Of a stretch of 64,000 nt of DNA, positions 29,494-35,975 are shown piece after piece; position 1 is the stretch's first letter; each line of letters begins with the position of its first letter. The DNA comes from an uncultured virus (IMG/VR IMGVR_UViG_3300018023_000193) (Duplodnaviria > Heunggongvirae > Uroviricota > Caudoviricetes). Location: the IMG/VR virus record IMGVR_UViG_3300018023_000193; one strand, given 5' to 3'. Below the pieces are notes generated by a model. It saw nothing but the letters and a program-made list of their open reading frames with translations. It ran no database searches and was not told the origin of the DNA. A program made the position numbers and the translations under genes.

Positions 29494-29522
29494 TTGACAT
29501 TTGAAATTTTTTATGATACAAT
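29494..29522 (+). promoter_or_regulatory. sigma70-type promoter
   Basis: TTGACA-17-TACAAT with TGn. Confidence 0.75.
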
Positions 29523-29540
29523 AATTATTGAGTAAAATTT

Positions 29541-30440
29541 ATGATTTTAATTGATTTTTCGCAGGTGGTTATTTCTAACCTAATTGTTAATATCAGTCAA
29601 CTCCAAAAAGATGATAAAAAAGAACCAGAACATGAAATTCCTGGTCTTCCTGGAACGAAAACGGTTATAAATGAAGATTTAATTCGCCATATGGTTTTAA
29701 ATACCATTCGTTCATATAAAATGAAATTTGGTGAAATTTATGGGAAAATAATTATTTGTTGTGATAGTAAACAATATTGGCGTAAAGATGTTTTCCCATA
29801 TTATAAAGGATTACGAAAAGAAAAAAGAGAAACTTCTGTTTTAAATTGGCATTTAATTTTTGAAACATTGAATAAACTTAAAGATGAATTAATTCAATAT
29901 TTTCCTTATAGAGTTATAGAAGTTGATGGTGCAGAAGCCGATGATATTATTGCAGTAATTGCCAAACGAGAACATACGGCTGAAAAAATTTTAATTCTTT
30001 CGGGTGATAAAGATTTTACACAATTACAAAAATACCCAAATATAGTACAATATGCACCAATTCAAAAACAATTTTTGGTAAGTAAAAATCCAATAGAAGA
30101 TCTTCGAGAACATATAATGATAGCTGGAGATGATGATATTCCAAATTTTTGTTCAAGTAATGATTCCAAAGTTAAACATATAAGACAAAAATCCATTCGC
30201 AAGGATAATTTGGAACGTTGGATAAAAGAATCTAAACCTGAAAATTTTTGTGATATTAAAATGCTTCATGGGTATAAAAGAAATCAACAATTAATTGATT
30301 TTGAATTTATCCCTAAAGAAATTCAAAAGAAAATTATAGAAGTGTGGGAGCAACCATTTAAAGAAAGTAGAAAAAATTTATTTAATTATTTCCTGAAATA
30401 CAAATTAGTTAATTTGATGGATCATATTCAGGAATTTTAA
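29541..30440 (+). CDS. rnh: T4 RNase H (5'-3' exonuclease/flap endonuclease)
   Basis: ILIDFSQ, RHMVLN, YWRK..FPYYK..R, EADDII, SGDKDF.QL. Confidence 0.95.
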   Translation: MILIDFSQVVISNLIVNISQLQKDDKKEPEHEIPGLPGTKTVINEDLIRHMVLNTIRSYKMKFGEIYGKIIICCDSKQYWRKDVFPYYKGLRKEKRETSVLNWHLIFETLNKLKDELIQYFPYRVIEVDGAEADDIIAVIAKREHTAEKILILSGDKDFTQLQKYPNIVQYAPIQKQFLVSKNPIEDLREHIMIAGDDDIPNFCSSNDSKVKHIRQKSIRKDNLERWIKESKPENFCDIKMLHGYKRNQQLIDFEFIPKEIQKKIIEVWEQPFKESRKNLFNYFLKYKLVNLMDHIQEF

Positions 30441-30499
30441 TCATATCCGAAAAATGAACTGAAATATTATGATCCAGATAATAAATTATATACTTATAA

Positions 30500-30967
30500 A
30501 TGTATGAAAATTCAATGAAAACTATGGAGCAACTAACAATGACTAAAATATTGCCAGAAATTCTGGTTGAAGTGCGGAAATGTAAGACTGAAGATGAAGT
30601 AAAAACAGTTTTATGGAAAAATCAATCACCTGCAATGAGAATGATGTTTCAATATATTTGGCATCCTAAAGCTATTTTTTCTTTCAAGGAACTTCCAGAA
30701 TATAAACCTGATTTAGGGCCAATTGGAATGAGTCCAAATAATTTATATAATGAAATGCGTAAGTTATATATTTTTTTGGATTGGAAAAAGATTCCATTAA
30801 AGAAGAAAACAGAATTACTTATCCAGCTTTTAGAATCGATTCATCCTTCTGAAGCTGTTTTAGTAGGACAAATTTTTAAACATAATCTTGAAATTCCATT
30901 ATTAACTAAAGAATTGGTATTATCTCTGTGGCCAAAAATAAATATGTGGGCCGAATGGATGAAGTAA
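30500..30967 (+). CDS. conserved T4-like hypothetical protein (DUF6433-like)
   Basis: L..E.RKLY.F, IQLLE.IHP.EA; follows rnh. Confidence 0.75.
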   Translation: MYENSMKTMEQLTMTKILPEILVEVRKCKTEDEVKTVLWKNQSPAMRMMFQYIWHPKAIFSFKELPEYKPDLGPIGMSPNNLYNEMRKLYIFLDWKKIPLKKKTELLIQLLESIHPSEAVLVGQIFKHNLEIPLLTKELVLSLWPKINMWAEWMK

Positions 30968-31028
30968 ATATACCAATAAACTAATATAGATAAATAGTTA
31001 TTGATCCTCTTTTAAGGAGAATACTATT

Positions 31029-31448
31029 TTGCTTCCGATTTTACAAAAAATACATGAACCAGGTGAATATAATCCAACATTGAAAGATATTCGTACTTGG
31101 GCAGGGATTTTAAATGAATCTTGTTTTAACGGTGTTATTCCGAAATTTCGTCATATAAAAATTCAGAAAATATCTGGACAATTAGCCGCATGTGATCCAA
31201 TGGGATGGAAAAATGATGATGATATAAGAGAGGCAAATTTACAAATAGATAGTAGTTTTCCAGATTTTAAAAGTTTTATTGTTATATTAGCACATGAAAT
31301 GATTCATGCTTGGCAATGGGTAATTAAAGGGAAAATGACCCACGGAAAGACATTCTTTCAATGGAAAGAAAAATTATTAGAACAAGGTATTCCATTACAT
31401 AAAGAATATCACCGAAAGAAAATACTTGACACCGAAGTTGTAGTGTGA
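31029..31448 (+). CDS. SprT-like zinc metalloprotease
   Basis: N...F.G..P, LAHEMIH.WQ, HG..F. Confidence 0.85.
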   Translation: MLPILQKIHEPGEYNPTLKDIRTWAGILNESCFNGVIPKFRHIKIQKISGQLAACDPMGWKNDDDIREANLQIDSSFPDFKSFIVILAHEMIHAWQWVIKGKMTHGKTFFQWKEKLLEQGIPLHKEYHRKKILDTEVVV

Positions 31449-31454
31449 TAATAT
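31426..31454 (+). promoter_or_regulatory. sigma70-type promoter for the RNA gene cluster
   Basis: TTGACA-17-TAATAT with TGn. Confidence 0.75.
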
Positions 31455-31463
31455 TAAAGAGTG

Positions 31464-31604
31464 ATGAATTATAAATATTTATTTCCAACCATTTTGATTA
31501 TAGAAATGTTGAGTGCTTCAATCGTGTATGGATTTGTGAAGGATTGGAGACATTGTATTTATTGGTTTGCAGGTGCAGTGATAACAGGATCAGTTACATT
31601 TTAA
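31464..31604 (+). CDS. small two-helix membrane protein (46 aa, not in ORF track)
   Basis: MNYKYLFPTILIIEMLSASIVYGFVKDWRHCIYWFAGAVITGSVTF. Confidence 0.7.
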   Translation: MNYKYLFPTILIIEMLSASIVYGFVKDWRHCIYWFAGAVITGSVTF

Positions 31605-31607
31605 ATT

Positions 31608-31684
31608 CGGAAATTGGCTCAGTCTGGTAGAGCATCGGTTTTGGGAACCGAGGGTCGGTGGTTCGAATCCACCATTTCCGACCA
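31608..31684 (+). tRNA. trnP: tRNA-Pro (UGG), CCA encoded
   Basis: Acceptor CGGAAAT/ATTTCCG + ACCA; D arm GCTC/GAGC; anticodon arm TCGGT-TTTGGGA-ACCGA; T arm GGTGG-TTCGAAT-CCACC. Confidence 0.97.
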
Positions 31685-31686
31685 AA

Positions 31687-31815
31687 TTTAGGTATAGGCA
31701 AAAGTTTAAGCCGCCACTATCTATCGGCCGATAGAGAAGGTGTATGTGATAATACACCAACATAGGAGTGGTGATTCCTGGTGGGTTTTCGGACAGCAAC
31801 GACCAGGTACCTGAA
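31687..31815 (+). ncRNA. candidate unassigned multi-junction RNA
   Basis: Closing stem TTTAGGTA/TACCTGAA with nested stems GCCACT/AGTGGT, TCTATCG/CGATAGA, GGTGTAT/ATACACC, CCTGGT/ACCAGG. Confidence 0.6.
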
Positions 31816-31865
31816 ACATTTTAAATAGGAGGTGTCATTATGACGTATTAAGTTAGGAGCGTCAA

Positions 31866-32057
31866 ATGGCAAAAAGAAAAAGTATTCTCAATGGTTGCAG
31901 TTGTTCTCAATGTCGTAGAGGATTACATTCTGTTTTTGGACATATCAAAGTTGGTCAATTGAAACGTTCATTACGGAGAATAACAAAAGAACTATTGAAA
32001 AAAGAAAAATATGATGAAGCCATGGAAGTTATTTTAACCACTGGCTATTTGGATTAA
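31866..32057 (+). CDS. small basic Cys-containing protein (63 aa)
   Basis: AGGAG SD; CSCSQC motif; Lys/Arg-rich. Confidence 0.7.
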   Translation: MAKRKSILNGCSCSQCRRGLHSVFGHIKVGQLKRSLRRITKELLKKEKYDEAMEVILTTGYLD

Positions 32058-32060
32058 GGG

Positions 32061-32178
32061 TTTTAGATACTTTCGTCTAGTAAGTGAGGATACTTCAATA
32101 CTTATTTTATAAAGGCCTTTATGAAATAGGTATTGGGATTTAAGAGAGGGCGTAGCATAGTACGTCAAGTATCTAAAA
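32061..32178 (+). ncRNA. candidate structured RNA abutting the tmRNA acceptor piece
   Basis: 12-bp closing stem TTTTAGATACTT/AAGTATCTAAAA; long G-U-containing hairpin 32096-32135; 6-bp hairpin GGCGTA/TACGTC. Confidence 0.55.
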
Positions 32179-32180
32179 AT

Positions 32181-32445
32181 ATTGCTGTATAAAGACTTGT
32201 ATTGGGATTGCAAACAAGACGGGGTTTCGATTACCCCCGCCTCCACCAACTTCTCCATAGTTTTATATTATGGGGGCGTCAAGGTATCGATTGGTGTATA
32301 TCAGGATATAGGACAGCACGAGCAGAAACTCTCGTAAATCGGAATAAAACAATAACAGCCGATGAAACATTCGACTATTTGCCAATGGCCGCCTAAAACG
32401 GTTACGCAGCGGGCATCCTGGGAGCCTTGGAACAGAATCCCAGGA
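32181..32445 (+). ncRNA. ssrA: circularly permuted (two-piece) tmRNA; acceptor piece ends at CCA 32248, coding piece starts at 32272; tag ORF ADETFDYLPMAA at 32358-32396
   Basis: T arm GGGGT-TTCGATT-ACCCC + CGCCTCC-ACCA lies upstream of GGGGGCG; they pair as an acceptor stem with G3.U70; tag ends AA-stop; outer boundaries approximate. Confidence 0.92.
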
Positions 32446-32455
32446 ATAAAATTAA

Positions 32456-32512
32456 ATGAATTATATTGTTTATAAACATACTAGTCCTTCATGAAAATCA
32501 TATATTGGTCTA
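32456..32512 (+). pseudogene. GIY-YIG homing endonuclease remnant
   Basis: MNYIVYKHTSPS*KSYIG, matching IYKHTSPSGKSYIG of the intact gene at 10378; TGA at 32492. Confidence 0.75.
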
Positions 32513-32522
32513 CTAAAAAGAA

Positions 32523-32963
32523 ATGAATTCCCTAAATATATCCATGAAACTTATATTCCTATTAGTGTTTTTATTCTTACCCCTCCGTAGTCAACCGCTC
32601 ATAGAAAAACAGATAACTTGTATTACTCAAGCTATCTATTATGAAGCTGGAAATCAAAAGACATTAGGAAAAGAAGCGGTTGCGTTTGTAATATTTAATC
32701 GAGTACAAAAATATAATTTAACTCCTTGTGAAGTAATTAACCAAAAAATTGGTAATTTAAAACAATTCACTTGGAAATCTGGTCCAATTAAATGTTGGAA
32801 ACAATATATAACATCTTACCAAATAGCTCAAGATATGTATTGGAATTTAAATAATTATAAAGATCCTACTAAATGTGCTTTATATTTCCATGCATATTAT
32901 GTTAATCCAAAATGGGCCTATCATAGGACAATCCGTATTCAAGATCATATCTTCTTTAAATAA
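32523..32963 (+). CDS. SleB-like cell wall hydrolase (Hydrolase_2)
   Basis: Signal peptide; C...AIYYEA, AVA.VI.NR, QFTW, ALYFHA..V.P.W, I.DHIF. Confidence 0.9.
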   Translation: MNSLNISMKLIFLLVFLFLPLRSQPLIEKQITCITQAIYYEAGNQKTLGKEAVAFVIFNRVQKYNLTPCEVINQKIGNLKQFTWKSGPIKCWKQYITSYQIAQDMYWNLNNYKDPTKCALYFHAYYVNPKWAYHRTIRIQDHIFFK

Positions 32964-32964
32964 C

Positions 32965-32993
32965 TTGCTATCCTATTTGAATTGTGTTATAAT
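32965..32993 (+). promoter_or_regulatory. sigma70-type promoter
   Basis: TTGCTA-17-TATAAT with TGn. Confidence 0.75.
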
Positions 32994-33072
32994 ATAATTG
33001 AAAGGTAAAATTTATTATGCATGATTTTAATTATATGATTGGAATCAAGTTTTAGTAATTAGATTATGAAGC

Positions 33073-33417
33073 ATGAGTTATATAGATGATTGGGAAGAAC
33101 GAATAGAAAAATGTGATGTATGCTCCAATCCATTATATGAACATTGGAGAAGAAAACCATGTATGAAGAAAAAGAAAATAGATGAATCGGTAGACATTTT
33201 ATTTATAGATCATCCATTATATCAAATAACCCCAACAGCATTTTCATTAGAAATTGAAGATGTAGTTCGTAGAGAACGATTAGATTATTTTGATGCATTA
33301 ATGAAATTATGTGAGAAATATGAAATTGAATATGAATCTGTTCCTAAATTGTTAACCAAAACAATGAAAGAAAAATTAGAAATGGTTGCAATAGAAAGGA
33401 GATTATTAAAAGTATAA
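33073..33417 (+). CDS. gp33: late-promoter transcription coactivator gp33
   Basis: F...IE.......DY.DA....CE...IE.ESV.KL....KEKL; upstream of gp59-gp32. Confidence 0.85.
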   Translation: MSYIDDWEERIEKCDVCSNPLYEHWRRKPCMKKKKIDESVDILFIDHPLYQITPTAFSLEIEDVVRRERLDYFDALMKLCEKYEIEYESVPKLLTKTMKEKLEMVAIERRLLKV

Positions 33418-33419
33418 TT

Positions 33420-33542
33420 ATGCTTTTATTTTTATCAAATAAAGAGAAGATGAGTAAATCTCGTAAAGGGATTACTAAATCGGAGGAACATAAAATAAAA
33501 ATACGAGAATCTCATTTAAGGAGATTCAATGTCTCCCTATGA
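33420..33542 (+). pseudogene. homing endonuclease remnant (NUMOD3 fragment)
   Basis: KEKMSKSRKG..KSEEHK.KIRESH without a catalytic domain. Confidence 0.6.
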
Positions 33543-34164
33543 TGCTTTTGAATTATATATTGCCGTAAAAACACATTTTAATAGTCCAAGTTTTGATTTC
33601 CATAAATTCAATGGTAAAACCAGATTAACACCCAATTCATTTGATAAGCGGGAAGATAAAGCATTTTTCTACCGTATTTGTAAAAAATATTCCAAAGCCA
33701 AATTAATTGATTTATTTGTAGCCAATTTTGTAGATAATCCAAATTTATGGATTGGTGATTTATTAGATGAAACTTCGGAAGCAATTTACATTGAATGGTT
33801 AAAAAAGATTGAAAGTCTTACATATCATTTTTCAGAAGAATGCACCGGTTTATTGGAATGGGCTGAAATAAATGGATATACATTTAATGATTTATTTCGG
33901 ATTAAAGAAGGAAATCATCCAATTATTGTTAGAATGGTATTACAGAGAATTATTAGTTTAGAAACATTTATTATTTTAGATCGTATATTAGGATGTGGTT
34001 TTAATTTTAATAAACGATTAACAGATATAATTTGGAAAGATTTTTGGATGAAAATTTGTAAATATTCCCCCTTTATAAATATCAATTTGGAGAAATGTAA
34101 AAAACTACTCCGTGAAAAAATAAAACGGGAATACAAATATGCAATATGCGGAACTTCAAAATAG
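33529..34164 (+). CDS. gp59: helicase loader gp59
   Basis: Y.A.K.HF...FDF.K..GK, F.KR.D..F, W..DL, IS.ET..ILD, KY.PF. Confidence 0.92.
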   Translation: MSPYDAFELYIAVKTHFNSPSFDFHKFNGKTRLTPNSFDKREDKAFFYRICKKYSKAKLIDLFVANFVDNPNLWIGDLLDETSEAIYIEWLKKIESLTYHFSEECTGLLEWAEINGYTFNDLFRIKEGNHPIIVRMVLQRIISLETFIILDRILGCGFNFNKRLTDIIWKDFWMKICKYSPFININLEKCKKLLREKIKREYKYAICGTSK

Positions 34165-34321
34165 TTATAACATCATTTGTAAAAAATTTAATCAAGCGGT
34201 AGAAAAAGCTAATGATGAAATTGCTAAACGAGGTTGTTTAGAAATAGAAATTGCCACATTGAAAGAAGAATTAATCCGCACTTATCGAGAAATTTCGGAG
34301 TTAAAACATGCGAACATATGA
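34139..34321 (+). CDS. small coiled-coil hypothetical protein
   Basis: Overlaps gp59 end. Confidence 0.45.
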   Translation: MQYAELQNSYNIICKKFNQAVEKANDEIAKRGCLEIEIATLKEELIRTYREISELKHANI

Positions 34322-34463
34322 ATTGAAAATTGAAACCAATGATATAGATTTAGTAAAAGAAATTAATGAAATTTTATTAAAATCTCATGATTATAAATTA
34401 ACCACAACTGAAACTGTTATGGATAAACTTTATCCTATTAACCTCAATGAACAAACCTAGCAC

Positions 34464-34499
34464 TTGACATTCTCGGTAATTTATGTTATAATATAAATA
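34464..34499 (+). promoter_or_regulatory. tandem sigma70 (TTGACA-17-TATAAT) and late (TATAAATA) promoters for gp32
   Basis: TTGACA 34464-69, TATAAT 34487-92, TATAAATA 34492-99. Confidence 0.85.
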
Positions 34500-34503
34500 A
34501 TAG

Positions 34504-34614
34504 TAGGTAATCGGGGCTGCCGGAAAGAGTTGTTACCCGGACGGATTACCTATATAACTACTTTCATTATGACTCATGTGGACAAGAAAATAAAAGGAAA
34601 AATAATATAAGCAT
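34504..34614 (+). promoter_or_regulatory. structured gp32 5' leader (candidate autogenous operator)
   Basis: TAGGTAATC/GATTACCTA hairpin, then unstructured A-rich tract to ATG. Confidence 0.55.
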
Positions 34615-35583
34615 ATGAGTTTTGCCACATATAAAAAAAATAGAACAGATTTAACTAAAATAAATAAAAGAGTAGAAGAGATTTCAGAAGGAAATAAAAA
34701 TAAATTTAAAGATTCTCGATTTTGGAAACCTACCGTAGATAAAGCTGGTACGGGTTCTGCTAAAATTCGTTTTCTACCTGCTCCTGAAGGGGAAGATCTT
34801 CCCTGGATCCAATATTACGAACATAATTTTGATGTAGATGGAAATTATTATATTGAATTGTGTCCTACTACACTTGGTCGTGAATGCCCCGTTTGTAAAG
34901 CGAATGGAGTTTTATGGAAGACCGAATTGGATGAAAATAGAAATATTGTAAAAAAGCGTAAACGCCAATTGCGGTATGTTTCTAATATTTTGGTATTAAA
35001 AGATAAAGAAACACCCGAAAACGAAGATAAAGTATTTTTATATCAATATGGTCAGAAAATTTTCGAAAAAATTAAAGGTGCTTTAAAACCCAAGGATGAA
35101 GAAGATCCCGCAATTAATGTATTTGATTTTTGGGAAGGTGCAGATTTTAATCTCGATATCAAAAAGGTTGCAGGATATCGTAATTATGATGACAGTAAAT
35201 TCCGTACCTCTTCACTTGCCTGTAGTGGAGATGAAACCAAAATGGAAAAGATTTATAAACAACTTTATAAATTACAACCATTTGTTGAAGAATCTAAATT
35301 TAAATCTTATGAGGAATTAGAAAAGAAATTTAATGATACAGTTAATGGAGTTAAAGGAAAGATTCAAAAGAAAGCTGATGAATTATTTGGTGAAACTAAA
35401 CTTGCGGAAGATGTAGCCAAAAAATCACCATCTAAAAATGCTAAAGAAGAAAAAGAAACTAAAGCCCCTTGGGAAGAAGCTGTAAGAAAACCTTCCAAGA
35501 AAAAGAAAGAAATAACTACTGATTCAGAAGTAGTAGTTGAAAATGAAGATTCTTTAAATGATTATGAGAAATTATTAGATTAG
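34615..35583 (+). CDS. gp32: single-stranded DNA-binding protein gp32
   Basis: D.RFWKP..DK.G.G.A.IRFLP, YIE.C..T.G..CPVC, FD.W.GA.F, NYD.S.F, acidic tail. Confidence 0.97.
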   Translation: MSFATYKKNRTDLTKINKRVEEISEGNKNKFKDSRFWKPTVDKAGTGSAKIRFLPAPEGEDLPWIQYYEHNFDVDGNYYIELCPTTLGRECPVCKANGVLWKTELDENRNIVKKRKRQLRYVSNILVLKDKETPENEDKVFLYQYGQKIFEKIKGALKPKDEEDPAINVFDFWEGADFNLDIKKVAGYRNYDDSKFRTSSLACSGDETKMEKIYKQLYKLQPFVEESKFKSYEELEKKFNDTVNGVKGKIQKKADELFGETKLAEDVAKKSPSKNAKEEKETKAPWEEAVRKPSKKKKEITTDSEVVVENEDSLNDYEKLLD

Positions 35584-35612
35584 TCTTATCTACCAAGCGT
35601 AGAAAAAGATCT

Positions 35613-35642
35613 TATTCCGTTTACCTCGAGGTAAACGGAATA
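35613..35642. repeat. perfect 30-bp palindrome
   Basis: TATTCCGTTTACCTC|GAGGTAAACGGAATA. Confidence 0.95.
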
Positions 35643-35699
35643 TGCAGAGGGCATTTGTCCAGCAAATGCCCTCAAATTACACACAGAAAGAGGACACAT

Positions 35700-35951
35700 A
35701 TGGATGATAAACAAAAAACCATACAAAATACTATCCAAGAGGGCAATCTTCGAGGTTGGGATGGAAATCACACACCATTTAAAATTAGATTAGATTTATT
35801 ACAATTAGCCCATGATATTTTGACCAACAATTTAAATAAAGAATGGGCGGCAAGAATACAAAATAAAGAGATAGTTGAATATCACAAATATTCTGTAGAA
35901 GATGTTCTTGATATTGCTCAAAAACTCCGTAAATTTGTTGATAATCGGTAA
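35700..35951 (+). CDS. conserved T4-like small hypothetical protein
   Basis: TPF.IRL.LL.LA.D.L ... V...A..L..FV pattern; GAGGA SD. Confidence 0.7.
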   Translation: MDDKQKTIQNTIQEGNLRGWDGNHTPFKIRLDLLQLAHDILTNNLNKEWAARIQNKEIVEYHKYSVEDVLDIAQKLRKFVDNR

Positions 35952-35956
35952 TTTAG

Positions 35957-35975
35957 AGGGCACTATAGTTGCCCT
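35957..35975. terminator. hairpin between convergent genes (possible bidirectional terminator)
   Basis: AGGGCA-CTATAGT-TGCCCT; no long U-tract. Confidence 0.45.

Noticed and set aside
31590..31799. Minus-strand 69-aa ORF
   Set aside because: Antisense shadow of tRNA-Pro and the adjacent structured RNA
31687..31815. Assignment as SRP RNA, 6S RNA or a second tRNA
   Set aside because: No SRP helix-8 motif, no long rod with central bubble, no T-loop or CCA end
32034..32396. ORFs 32202-32396 (+) and 32034-32258 (-) as proteins
   Set aside because: They overlap tmRNA structure; only the last 12 codons of the plus ORF are the tag frame
32456..32512. TGA at a conserved Gly position as evidence of stop-codon recoding
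   Set aside because: TGA ends conserved genes at expected positions (gp61, ATGA overlaps) and similarity stops a few codons later; a nonsense mutation in a remnant is simpler
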